A stretch of 64,000 bases of DNA, from the IMG/VR virus record IMGVR_UViG_2931133163_000006, one strand, 5' to 3'. The number at the start of each line of letters is the position of its first letter. Position 1 is the stretch's first letter. The notes beneath the pieces are model-generated. The model was not told the origin of the DNA and searched no databases. It worked only from the letters and a program-made list of their open reading frames with translations. Below, one piece after another: positions 37,128 to 46,223 of the stretch. The position numbers were made by a program, and so were the translations under genes. Source of the stretch: a virus.

Positions 37128-37946
37128 TCAGTGGACCTCCTCTTCGTGGTCGGCGGGGATCGGCACGCGCAGGCCGATCTTGTGGGCGAGCTCGTCGCTG
37201 ATCGGGAGGCGGCCCCACATGGCCTGGCCGCGGCCTTGCGCTGCGGCCTCGGCCCGGGCCCGCGCGCGGAACCGGTCGTTCGCCCGCGCCATCGACGCGC
37301 GTTCGGCGGAGATCTCCTCCTCCGTCTGCTCGGTGATCACGGCCTCGCCGCGTAGCTCCGCCTTCACCGTCTCCCAGTGGGCGACGGCGTTTGCCCGATC
37401 GTCGTCGGTGGCGCCGGTGTCGTAGAGCTCGGCGCCGAGGATCGCTTCGACCCTCGCCAGCTCGGTTTCGAGCGGCAGGGTCTCGTACCGGCACTCGGCA
37501 ACGACATCGGTGTCGGACGGGCAGCCCTTGCCGTCCCACAGGCAGCGCCAGCCGGGCTGTCGGAACCGGAGACGGGCCCGCTCGATCGCCCAGGTCGGCT
37601 CGCCGGCGAGCGCCTGGGCGTAGAAGCCGACCTTGGTGGTGAGCTCCTGCGCGTCGGCGCCGAAGTTCGCTTTGCTGGCGATCAGCAGCATGATCTCCCG
37701 GTTCGCCTCCGGGCCCGGCGTCGGCACGAGGGCGCGCCGCAGCTCATCCCGCCGGTGCTCCAGCCAGTCCTGCTGCGCCCGGTTAGGCGCCGAAGCGACG
37801 GGCAGGCGCTTGCGCCGGAAGGAGCCCGGCGTGTCCTCCAGCCGGTTCGTGAACTGCGCGATGAAGCGATCCGACTCTCGCGTCGGGAGCAGCGGGAGCA
37901 CGGCCCGACTGTAGGCCGAGGACATCGAGGAGGTCGGCAGGGTCAT
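37128..37946 (-). CDS. Putative replication accessory protein (in the position of lambda P)
   Basis: Directly follows the O-like initiator; AL...P.WAI..A pattern. Confidence 0.5.
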   Translation of the reverse strand: MTLPTSSMSSAYSRAVLPLLPTRESDRFIAQFTNRLEDTPGSFRRKRLPVASAPNRAQQDWLEHRRDELRRALVPTPGPEANREIMLLIASKANFGADAQELTTKVGFYAQALAGEPTWAIERARLRFRQPGWRCLWDGKGCPSDTDVVAECRYETLPLETELARVEAILGAELYDTGATDDDRANAVAHWETVKAELRGEAVITEQTEEEISAERASMARANDRFRARARAEAAAQGRGQAMWGRLPISDELAHKIGLRVPIPADHEEEVH

Positions 37947-38814
37947 GGGGCAATCCAATCATCTCGGCGACGAGGGCGAGTCCGCCGTTCGTGGAGCGGC
38001 GGGGCGAAGCGGATGCGGGGGCGGAGCGGCGGGTCTCGCGGGCGGCGCGCTCGGCGGCCTCGCGGAGGGCGGTGTCGAGGAAGCTGTCAAAGGCCAGCGC
38101 CCAGTCGGCCTTCCGGGCGATCGGGCGGTGCGCGTTGGCGTGCGACCAGCGGTGCATGCTGGCGGCGGTCTGCCGGACGAAGGCGGCGTCGAAGCCGAGA
38201 GCCTCGGCGGCCGCGTAGTGGCGCCCCTCCGGCGCGAATCCATCGGGACACAAAACCGCCCGGGGAGAGGGAGCCCCCTTGGGGGCCGTGGCCGTGTCAG
38301 CGGACGCGGGGGGTAGCGCCGAGTCCCGAGTCTCTCTCCTGGGGGATTCCCTTCTGGGGGATTCCTTCTGGGGGATTCCTCTAGGGGTGACAGCAGTGTC
38401 ACCCTCGGGGGTGACTGGCGTGACACCCCCGAGGGTGACTGGATCGGGCGGCGGTATGGGTGACTGTGTGTCACCCTCCCCACGATCCGGCCGGCCACTC
38501 GATTGGGGCGGCGCCGGGTCGTTCGCCGCCGGCCGCGGTACGCCCGGCAGGTAGAGGACGAACAGGTTCTCCCGCTGCCGGCCGGTCTCCGCGTGGCGCT
38601 GTTCGACCCGCAGGATACCGAGGTCCTCCAGGACGCGGATCTTGCGCTGGACGGTCCGGACGGACTGCGAGCACTTGCGCGCCAGCGTCTCGATCTTCGG
38701 CCAGGCCTGCCCAGTCTCGGCGTGCGCGTAGTCCGCGATCACGAAGGCGACGAGCTTCGCGATCCCGTCCGGGATGTCCGTCTTCATGACGTAGTGGATG
38801 GCCTCGATACTCAT
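37783..38814 (-). CDS. Replication initiator, lambda O-like with N-terminal winged HTH
   Basis: KLV...IAD.A....G.AWP.I..LA..C..S.RTV.R.I..LE..G; contains internal repeats. Confidence 0.8.
   Translation of the reverse strand: MSIEAIHYVMKTDIPDGIAKLVAFVIADYAHAETGQAWPKIETLARKCSQSVRTVQRKIRVLEDLGILRVEQRHAETGRQRENLFVLYLPGVPRPAANDPAPPQSSGRPDRGEGDTQSPIPPPDPVTLGGVTPVTPEGDTAVTPRGIPQKESPRRESPRRETRDSALPPASADTATAPKGAPSPRAVLCPDGFAPEGRHYAAAEALGFDAAFVRQTAASMHRWSHANAHRPIARKADWALAFDSFLDTALREAAERAARETRRSAPASASPRRSTNGGLALVAEMIGLPHDPADLLDVLGLQSGRAPAAPDARVGSLHRAVHEPAGGHAGLLPAQAPARRFGA
38339..38476. repeat. Iteron-like repeats, putative replication origin
   Basis: 3x CTGGGGGATTCC (38339, 38354, 38368); GGGTGAC-N5/6-GTCACCC palindromes at 38385-38404 and 38458-38476, an imperfect copy at 38409-38428 and a half site at 38433. 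Confidence 0.7.
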
Positions 38815-39168
38815 GGGCGGTGCGCCTTCGTTCAGGCAAAGCTTCATTGGCCGGCCGCGAAGCCTTTCCGGCTCCGGGCACGCGAATACCCGTCGCTGAA
38901 ATCGCTGCTCGCGAACGGCGGTCGGGTCGGCGGGGCGGTGTGAGAAGCTCGCAACGCGGGCCGGGCCACAGGCCTCCGCCGAAAAGGACGGCGTCTGGAG
39001 GCGGCAGCTCAGGACCTGCGGAAGGCCGGATCTCGTCCGGACCGGGCGGCATCAGTCGGGCACGAGGCGGGGACCTGACGCAGGGCGCGCGAGGATCTGA
39101 TGTCCTGGCGCGGGGGACCGCGGGGCAAGGGCCAGAGCTGCGGGTTCATGGCTGGGCGGCTCCGCGCG

Positions 39169-39567
39169 TCAGACGGCCGGCTGGGCGGCGGCTGGCGCCG
39201 CGGCGGCGCTCGCGGGCTCGATCCCGTCGGCCGGGGCCGGCGCGGCACCCGTGCTGGGCGTCGGCAGAGAGGCCGCCGGCACGTCGGCCGCGCCGGCGCC
39301 GAGGCGCGGCGTGCCGCCCGGACCCTGGTCGGGCGCCAAGCGGTCTAGGCGGGCGAGCGTGTCCCGCTGGCGGCCCTCGAGGACCGACAGCAGGTCGATC
39401 ATGCCGAGGTTGTTCGCCCGCACCGCCTTGGCGGTCGGTCGCGGGTCGTCGGCGATCCGGTCGTTCTTCGCGTGCAGCTCCAGGCGCAGCTGCGCCAGCA
39501 GCTCCTCTAGCTTCCATCCGTCCGGATTCGCTTTCGACATCAGCACCGGTGTCGTGGGCGTGCTCAT
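39169..39567 (-). CDS. Hypothetical protein
   Basis: NPDGWKLEELL..LR.E...KN; GGAGG RBS. Confidence 0.6.
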   Translation of the reverse strand: MSTPTTPVLMSKANPDGWKLEELLAQLRLELHAKNDRIADDPRPTAKAVRANNLGMIDLLSVLEGRQRDTLARLDRLAPDQGPGGTPRLGAGAADVPAASLPTPSTGAAPAPADGIEPASAAAAPAAAQPAV

Positions 39568-39690
39568 GGATCACCTCGGGAGGGTTGCCGCGCGTGCGCG
39601 GTCGGGCGGCCCGCGTGGGCCGGAAGCGGATTCGGAGTCCGAGTCTGGCGGGAGTCGGGGCCGCTCCGCGGCCTGCTCCCGAGCGCCACG

Positions 39691-40185
39691 CTAGGCGTCC
39701 GGTCCGGATGATGCCGGCGGCATCGGCGGCGGTTCGCTCGCGGCGGCCAAGCGCACGGATTCGCGCGTCAGCAGCTCGGCGTAGAGCCGGCAGCGCATCG
39801 GAGCCCCGAACGAGCGGAAGGCCGCGATCTCGGGCGGATAGACCAGCGCCACCGCGGCGATCGCGCGGGCCTCGGCCGTGAGCTGCGCCTCGATCCGCGC
39901 GGGCTCGGATCCGATGCCGGCGACGAGCTCCAGGAGATCGGGCGGCGTCGACGCGTCCAGCGGGTGCGCGCGCTCGAGCGCGGCGCCAATCCCGGGCAGG
40001 CCTGCGCCTCGCGTGCCATCGGCGAGCCGGCCCAGCGCCGCCGGCGCTAGCGCGTCGAAGCGACCGGCCGCCGCCATCATGCGGACGCGGCCCAGCACCG
40101 AGGCCGGCTGGACGCTGGCGGCGGCCGCGATCGGCGCGGCGGCGAACAGGCCCAGAAGCCCGCGGCGGTTCGGATTCGCGCTCAT
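39691..40185 (-). CDS. Hypothetical protein with twin-arginine-like leader
   Basis: NRRGLLGLFAAAPIAAAA. Confidence 0.5.
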   Translation of the reverse strand: MSANPNRRGLLGLFAAAPIAAAASVQPASVLGRVRMMAAAGRFDALAPAALGRLADGTRGAGLPGIGAALERAHPLDASTPPDLLELVAGIGSEPARIEAQLTAEARAIAAVALVYPPEIAAFRSFGAPMRCRLYAELLTRESVRLAAASEPPPMPPASSGPDA

Positions 40186-40342
40186 CGTCCGACCGCCCAG
40201 ATGAAGGCGAGCAGCAGGCCGGCCACCGCAAAGCGGGACGCATGGAGCGCCGCCAGCTGCGGGACGAAGCCTCCGCGTCGCGCGCGCCGATGCAGCGCTT
40301 CGGATTCGAGGGCGGCGATCGCCATGAGGGGCGTGGCGGCCG

Positions 40343-41647
40343 TCATTCGGCGGCCTCCAGCCGAGGCGGCTCGGCCTGCCGGTAGAGGTTGATGAAGTCC
40401 TCGCGCGGCTTGCGCTGAAACGCTTCCCCGAACGGTCCGTAGGAGCACTGCCTCACGAGATCGTAGAAGGCGTCCGGCTTTTCACTGTTGGCGCCCAGCG
40501 GCCAACGGTGATGGGTCGCCGTTGAATACGTCGCGGAGCGCCGAGGCATGCGAAGCTTGGATCCACGACGAGCAAAGACGAAATGCTCAGTGGTATTCCG
40601 CATCTCGTGTCCGAGGCTGAACTTCGGATCGTTGCGGCTGAGGTCGCTGACCTCTTTGACCCAAGTGTGGACTGTTTTGACCTCGAAGCCCCACTCCTGA
40701 ACAATCGATGGGATGTCGCCCCAGACGCCGTTGATGAACCACAGGTAGAGGTGGGAATCCTCCCAGGTCCACCGCTGCAACGGCAGTGCGCGGATCTCGT
40801 CGAGCGACATCTTCGCGTAGGCGTGTCCGGCCGCCGCAGACACGTTCACTTCCTTCCAGGGCGGGTCGAGCACCGCAGTCTGGACGGATCCATCGTACGG
40901 GATCAGCTCCAGGCAGCGTTGCTCGTCGCCCACCGCCCGCATGCGATTCCAGGCGGCTGTCGGGTTGTCGGCCTTGCACATGACCGGGACGAGGAAGCCG
41001 AAACGGTCCGGATCGACCGCGGCGGCCTCGCAGACCTCGAAGGTGCGCAGCAGAAAGTCGGCGCTCTCGTCCCAGAGCTTGCCGAGGTCGGCGAGCGCGC
41101 GCCGCTGAGCGGCGTCGAAGGTGCCGCCGATGACAGGCGCGTGGCCGAGCCGGGCCTCAAGGAGCGCGCGCGCCGCCAGGTTGATGTCGACGAGGCTCCA
41201 ACGGCCCTTCCAAGCATCCGTGAGCAGCTGCCGGCCCTGACGCTTCAGCGCCGGCAGCGTGATCGTAGCCTCTGAATCGCGCGCCGACGAGATGCAGGAC
41301 CATGCGACGTTCGGAGCGCCGCCGGCATCGAGGAAGTTCAGCGCCGCGCCGAGCCGGATGGGATCTGCAACGGCTGCGTCGCTGACCTTCAGCAGCCAGT
41401 CGAGCCACTGATGGCTCTTACCCCATCGCGCTGCCGTTGCACCCGTTGCCCTCGACCCTTGTCTAATTTTGACAAGGGTTCCGCCCAATTCTCTCGCCCT
41501 CGCAGCGTCGCGCTCGACGGCCAGAATCGGACGGGCAGCGGTCGCCACCTCGCTCAACAGCCACGGCCTCGGACCACGCATCACGCGCCCTTGCGAACTC
41601 AGACTTGGACTGGGGAGGGCGCGCGGTATGGCGCACCAGGTTGTCAC
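40343..41647 (-). CDS. MT-A70-family adenine methyltransferase with a long N-terminal region; start uncertain (41647 or 41581)
   Basis: VLDPPW, Y..MS.DEI.ALP, LYLW, WGF......W.K, LG...R..TEH....RRG, S.KP..FY..V. Confidence 0.9.
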   Translation of the reverse strand: MTTWCAIPRALPSPSLSSQGRVMRGPRPWLLSEVATAARPILAVERDAARARELGGTLVKIRQGSRATGATAARWGKSHQWLDWLLKVSDAAVADPIRLGAALNFLDAGGAPNVAWSCISSARDSEATITLPALKRQGRQLLTDAWKGRWSLVDINLAARALLEARLGHAPVIGGTFDAAQRRALADLGKLWDESADFLLRTFEVCEAAAVDPDRFGFLVPVMCKADNPTAAWNRMRAVGDEQRCLELIPYDGSVQTAVLDPPWKEVNVSAAAGHAYAKMSLDEIRALPLQRWTWEDSHLYLWFINGVWGDIPSIVQEWGFEVKTVHTWVKEVSDLSRNDPKFSLGHEMRNTTEHFVFARRGSKLRMPRRSATYSTATHHRWPLGANSEKPDAFYDLVRQCSYGPFGEAFQRKPREDFINLYRQAEPPRLEAAE

Positions 41648-41871
41648 GACGCGGAAGAGCCCTGCGCGGCGGCGCGTGTGATCGCCTGCCGCACGAGCTC
41701 GCAGCCCTGCGCGATCAGCCGCTCACCTTCGTCGAGATCGACAGAGGCGGCGAGCCCGCTCAGCTCACCCATGAGGCCGATGTATTCGACCAGCGCGGCC
41801 TCGCGGCTGCCGAACATGCTCAACAGCGAGGGCGTCAGCTCGGTGAGCCTATTCCGATCGAGGGCAGCCAT
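41644..41871 (-). CDS. Hypothetical protein
   Basis: Coupled ORF. Confidence 0.45.
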   Translation of the reverse strand: MAALDRNRLTELTPSLLSMFGSREAALVEYIGLMGELSGLAASVDLDEGERLIAQGCELVRQAITRAAAQGSSAS

Positions 41872-42071
41872 CAGACGAATCCCCGCTTCGTTGAAGGATG
41901 CAGTGACCGCTCCTCGAGCCGCCCCTCCCGCCGCGCCGTCCAGCGCAGGACGACGAGCAACCCGAGCTGTATCGGCAGGGTGAGCAGCGCCGCGAAGCTC
42001 GGGTGCACCATGATCGCCGTCGCGATGGCGGCGGCGATCAGGACCCAGAGGGAGGGAGAGCGGGCAGCCAC
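41871..42071 (-). CDS. Small two-TM membrane protein
   Basis: LWVLIAAAIATAIMV and FAALLTLPIQLGLLVVL. Confidence 0.55.
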   Translation of the reverse strand: MAARSPSLWVLIAAAIATAIMVHPSFAALLTLPIQLGLLVVLRWTARREGRLEERSLHPSTKRGFV

Positions 42072-42075
42072 GGCG

Positions 42076-42963
42076 TCAGTCCTGCGGCTGCGCGATCGCC
42101 TGGATCTGCGGCTTGGCGGCCGTGAAGGCGCGCAGCAGACCGTCGTAGGCGCGCTCGTTGGCGTTCACCCACGGGATCGCCGTGACGAACAGCGCGTCGA
42201 CCGCGATCGTGTCGAGGGCCTTGGTGCCGAACACGAGGCCGCCCGGCTGGACCCGCGGGTACGTGCCAGCCGGTATCGAGCCGTAGCTGTAGACCGGCTG
42301 GCCCCGGGCATCCTTCGCCGCTCCCACCATCTCCTGATCGTCGGAGCGGACCAGCACGACGCGGTCGCCCTGCGCCTGCGCATCGTTCTTGATGAAGGAC
42401 GCGTTGAGCGCCCCGACCCAGAGCGCGCACTGCACCTGACTGCCGTCGGCCACGGCGGACAGGGCGCGCACGCCCGAGCGGGTGTCGACGTTCACCGGCC
42501 CGAAGCGCTTCTTGTCGGCGAGCGCGAAGGCGTCCCAGGTGGTGCGGCCGCCTGAGCCGTCCGGGCCCACCGCGACGGTGTTGGCCTTGCCCAGGTCCGT
42601 GATGCGGGAGATCCCCGCGCCGCGGTTGCAGATGAGGTGCACCTGCTCCTGGTAGAGCACGCCGGCGCGCTCGATCGTCGAGAGCGCGGCCGCGTTCTTC
42701 GACGAGTAGACCAGGAGCGCGTCCGACTGGACGAAGGCGCCGTCGCACTGCCCGGCCGAGAGCTTGTCCAGGTTGTCGAGCGAACCCTGCGTCGGCACGA
42801 CCTCGATCTTCAGGCCTCCGGCCTTGCTCTTCAGCATGTGGCCGGCGCGGAAGTAGTTGCCGGATTCGGAGCCGGTGCAGAGGCGGAAGGTCGGGGGCTC
42901 GGCCGCGAGCGCGGACGAACTGCTGGCAAGGACGAGGGCGAGGACTGCGAGCGGGGCGCGCAT
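42076..42963 (-). CDS. TAXI-family TRAP solute-binding protein
   Basis: Signal peptide; TG..SGNY....I.V..T.GS.DNL..L..G..D.A.VQSD; LY.E.VHL; VAVG..GSG. Confidence 0.85.
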   Translation of the reverse strand: MRAPLAVLALVLASSSSALAAEPPTFRLCTGSESGNYFRAGHMLKSKAGGLKIEVVPTQGSLDNLDKLSAGQCDGAFVQSDALLVYSSKNAAALSTIERAGVLYQEQVHLICNRGAGISRITDLGKANTVAVGPDGSGGRTTWDAFALADKKRFGPVNVDTRSGVRALSAVADGSQVQCALWVGALNASFIKNDAQAQGDRVVLVRSDDQEMVGAAKDARGQPVYSYGSIPAGTYPRVQPGGLVFGTKALDTIAVDALFVTAIPWVNANERAYDGLLRAFTAAKPQIQAIAQPQD

Positions 42964-42972
42964 GGACGGGCC

Positions 42973-43434
42973 TCAGGCTTGGGGGGCGGGGGCTTCGGTG
43001 CCGGCGTCGGCAGCCGGATCGGGATTCGCGTCGGGTGCGCTGGCCGCCGCGATCGCCGCCTCGGACCACCAGCCCTCGGTCAGCCGACCGTCTGCGGCGC
43101 GGTACCGGACGAGGTAGTTGCGCGAGCTCTCGGAGTACTCGGCTCGGGCGATGACGGTGCCGCGCTCGTCGGTGCCGACGAGGCCGACCGGCTCACCGAG
43201 CGCGAAGGCGAAAATCCCGACGAGGCTCGAATGGCCATCGCGATCGGCGCCGACCTTGCCCTCTGCCACGAAGACGGAGGCGCACTCGTGCGCGTAGAAG
43301 GATCGGGACTCACCCGGATTCACGGTGCTGTACCAGACGGCGCGGACACGGCCCCCGGTCTCCCGTTCGACAGTCGTCACCTCGGCGGTCCAGCCGACGT
43401 CTTTCGGCACTTCGACGTGCACGGTTGTGGTCAC
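42973..43434 (-). CDS. Hypothetical protein
   Basis: GAGGAG RBS, GTG start; G.V..RAEY......Y..RY.AADG....WW. Confidence 0.6.
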   Translation of the reverse strand: MTTTVHVEVPKDVGWTAEVTTVERETGGRVRAVWYSTVNPGESRSFYAHECASVFVAEGKVGADRDGHSSLVGIFAFALGEPVGLVGTDERGTVIARAEYSESSRNYLVRYRAADGRLTEGWWSEAAIAAASAPDANPDPAADAGTEAPAPQA

Positions 43435-43694
43435 GATGCTCTCCTCAGGAATCGCGCCGGCCGGGCGGGGAGCCCGGAGCGCCGGCGGGCGGGATGAAGG
43501 TCGGCGTGGCCGCCGCGTGACCAGAGACGCGGCAGCCATTCGCGCGGGCGCCAAATGCTCTCCGGCATGGCCGGATCGGCGAGGTTCGCCAGGACGCCGA
43601 GGAGCTCCGGCAGCCAGAGTGACCAGCCTTGGAGGCGGCGAAGGCCGGCGGCCAGGTACGCGCGCAGGATCTCGAAGTAGCCGTCCAGCCTCAT
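43431..43694 (-). CDS. Hypothetical protein
   Basis: ATGA/GTGA overlaps at both ends. Confidence 0.4.
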   Translation of the reverse strand: MRLDGYFEILRAYLAAGLRRLQGWSLWLPELLGVLANLADPAMPESIWRPREWLPRLWSRGGHADLHPARRRSGLPARPARFLRRAS

Positions 43695-44062
43695 CGGCGG
43701 CCTCCGTCGATCTGCTGGCGCAGCCGGGCGATCTCACGCTCGACGCGTTCGCGCTCTTCCTGGCGCGCGGCCGCGATCAGGGCCGGCGGCGGATGGTCGA
43801 GGATCACACACAGCACCTCGGACCCGTACGCGCCGACGAGCTGGGACAGGGATTCGAGGCTCGGCGCGGAACCGCGGTCGAGCCAGCGCGCGATGGTTGC
43901 CGGGAAGATCCCGGTGTCGGCAGCCACGTTGTCCGCCGTCTTGGTGGGATGCTTGCGCCGGAGAAACGCCGACAGGCGTTCCGCAACAACTGTTCGTTCT
44001 TCACCCACACCTGTCGTGTCTTCCACCACAGCTGTGGTGGAGTTTCTGGGCGACTGTTTCAT
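43691..44062 (-). CDS. XRE-type HTH regulator (possible CII analogue)
   Basis: TA..VAA.TGI...TI..WL...SAPS...L..L..AYG. Confidence 0.65.
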   Translation of the reverse strand: MKQSPRNSTTAVVEDTTGVGEERTVVAERLSAFLRRKHPTKTADNVAADTGIFPATIARWLDRGSAPSLESLSQLVGAYGSEVLCVILDHPPPALIAAARQEERERVEREIARLRQQIDGGRR

Positions 44063-44587
44063 CGGCCTCCTCGATGATCTGGTCATCGAGGGCGATCGGC
44101 CGATGGGTCCGGTCGGGAAGAGCGAGGCGGTCATCGATCGTCCCTCGCGAGGAGGTTGACGCAACGATGGTCAGGAGCACGCGCCGGGGCTGGCAGGCTG
44201 AGAGGCGCGTGGAGGTGAGCAGGGGCGGTTCGCATCACGCGGCCGCCCTTCTGCTGTCGGGTGCCCAGTCGGGCGAATTACTGCCCGGCATGACGCCGGG
44301 ACCGGAGGCCGAGGTCAGGCCGTCGCCATCGCCCGTCGCCCCCGGCACGACCTTCTCAACGGACTGGCTCGATGGGGCCGTCGCCACCATCCCACCGTCG
44401 CCCTGGTCGCCTCGGGCCGCTCTTGCCGCGCCATCGCGCGTAGCTCTGTCGTCTCCCAAAAGGCGCCGGAGCCCGCAGGCCCCGGCGGAGTCTAGGGAGG
44501 AAACGCCCACGAAGGGGCATGCCCGGCCGGCGCTTGCCCAAGCACCGGTCGAACCTCGGGCGGCCGGGAGCGGCCGGATCTTTGTGG

Positions 44588-44779
44588 CTACCGGCTCGAC
44601 AGGAGCCAGAGGCCGATCGCGGCCGCGGCCAGGATCGCCAGCCAAGGCCGGGTGGACTCGTAGAGCCGCGTCAGGAGCGGTCGCCCCTCTGCCCTGGCCC
44701 TGTCCGCTCGCCGAAACGCCGGCAGCGCGCCCAGCAGCAGGAGCACGGCCAACAGGAGCGCGGCGATACGCAGGAACAC
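44588..44779 (-). CDS. Small two-TM membrane protein
   Basis: Two hydrophobic helices. Confidence 0.5.
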   Translation of the reverse strand: MFLRIAALLLAVLLLLGALPAFRRADRARAEGRPLLTRLYESTRPWLAILAAAAIGLWLLSSR

Positions 44780-44854
44780 GGGAGGCGGCGCCTTGGGCTT
44801 GAGCGCGAGGGACGGACACAGATGCGCGGGCGGGGACCAGCTGTCGAGAGCGCA

Positions 44855-45112
44855 TCAGGCGTCTCCGACCGGGTCACAGGGCAGCACGAGCTTGCAGGCG
44901 TCGCAGCGCGCGAAGAAGGCGTCCTGCTCGCGAAGGACATCCTCCCACGAGCCGTGCGCGCGGATCGCCCCGGCCCGCACGACCGCGACACCGTCCGCCG
45001 TGACGTCGGCGCCGAAGATCTCCGGCGCAGGCGCGGAGATCGCGGCGATCGCGACCGGAGCGGCGACTGGGCCGAGCCCGAAGAAGGCGAGGATGCTGCG
45101 GCGGGAGGGCAT
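44855..45112 (-). CDS. Small protein with twin-arginine-like leader
   Basis: MPSRRSILAFFGLGPVAAP. Confidence 0.55.
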   Translation of the reverse strand: MPSRRSILAFFGLGPVAAPVAIAAISAPAPEIFGADVTADGVAVVRAGAIRAHGSWEDVLREQDAFFARCDACKLVLPCDPVGDA

Positions 45113-45113
45113 G

Positions 45114-45746
45114 TCAGCCCTCGTCCGATTTGGCTTGGCCCATGGCCCAGGCCAGCTTCTCGATCAGCCAGGGGACCCGGCTCGGGTCGATGCCGATCGC
45201 GAGCTCGGAGTGAAAGCCCAGGGCCGTGACGGCGAGCGTCGTGACGCCGCGCTTCTCGTCAAACCCGACGGTCAGCTTATCAGCGCGGAGGTAACCCTCG
45301 CGCGGCGGGACGAGGGCCCTTGCCTGCAGCTCCCGCTCCTTCAGCTCGGCCTCGGCATTGGTCAGCCGGGCTCGGGCCCGGGTCAGCTCTTCGTCCGGGT
45401 CCACGGCGGGCACAGTGGGTGCGGACGGCGCGAGCGCTTGCGTCCGGGGCGGCAGGAGCAACGCCAAATCACCCGGCTCGACGAGGAAGCGGTGCGGCTT
45501 GCCCGCGTAGTCGATGATCTCAAGCCCGACGAAGCTCGTGAGATCAGACCGCACGCTCACCCCCATACCCCGGACCGGCCTCGCCGAGATCTTCGCCGAT
45601 TGATCGGCGGGATCGCGCTCGGGGATGTCTTCGTCGCGGCAATCGCTGCCGTCCGATCTATCCTCCGTCGACGAGGCCAGACCGTCGATCTGGTCTTCCA
45701 GCGCGGCCACGCGATCGGCGAGGGTTCTGATAGGGCGCGAGCGCAT
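45114..45746 (-). CDS. Hypothetical protein
   Basis: Tightly packed operon ORF. Confidence 0.55.
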   Translation of the reverse strand: MRSRPIRTLADRVAALEDQIDGLASSTEDRSDGSDCRDEDIPERDPADQSAKISARPVRGMGVSVRSDLTSFVGLEIIDYAGKPHRFLVEPGDLALLLPPRTQALAPSAPTVPAVDPDEELTRARARLTNAEAELKERELQARALVPPREGYLRADKLTVGFDEKRGVTTLAVTALGFHSELAIGIDPSRVPWLIEKLAWAMGQAKSDEG

Positions 45747-46223
45747 CTACGCGGTCTCCGGATCGAGGGCGGCGGGGATCGGCTCCGCGCCGTAGGGCAG
45801 CAGCGACGTCTGGACGGTGGTGCCGTTCGGCCGGATGCCGACGACGTCCTGGCGGGTCGGCAGTTCGATGCCCACGGCCTCGGCGAGGTCGAGCGTCACC
45901 CGCTCGGTGGACGGGATCTGCTCGCCCTTCAGCTTGGTGCGCTTGTGCCAGAGGCCGAGGATGAAGCCGTAGAGCCGGACGAGCTGCTCGGCGTCGAAGG
46001 GCGAGCGGCCGATCGCTCCGGCGTCGACGTTGATGTCGACGCCCTCGTCCCGAACCTTGGCGACGTGGTCGTTCAGGTCCTGGAGCTGATGCAGGACGCC
46101 GGAGGCCACGACGGTGATCACCGCGCCCATGACCAGGATCACCGCCGCGAGGCCGGCGGCGGCGTAGAGGACGGCGTCGGCCAGCTCGCCGATCGCGGCG
46201 GTGAGGACGGGATCGGTCGCCAT
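45747..46223 (-). CDS. Hypothetical membrane protein
   Basis: TM segment VLYAAAGLAAVILVMGAVITVVA. Confidence 0.55.
   Translation of the reverse strand: MATDPVLTAAIGELADAVLYAAAGLAAVILVMGAVITVVASGVLHQLQDLNDHVAKVRDEGVDINVDAGAIGRSPFDAEQLVRLYGFILGLWHKRTKLKGEQIPSTERVTLDLAEAVGIELPTRQDVVGIRPNGTTVQTSLLPYGAEPIPAALDPETA

Noticed and set aside
38339-38476. Short repeats as a possible CRISPR array
   Set aside because: Repeats are too short, have no unique spacers and lie inside the initiator gene; better explained as iterons
44080-44590. 206-aa ORF 44235-44855 and the surrounding gap
   Set aside because: Low-complexity translation that overlaps the 44588-44779 gene; at most one or two short ORFs, not supportable
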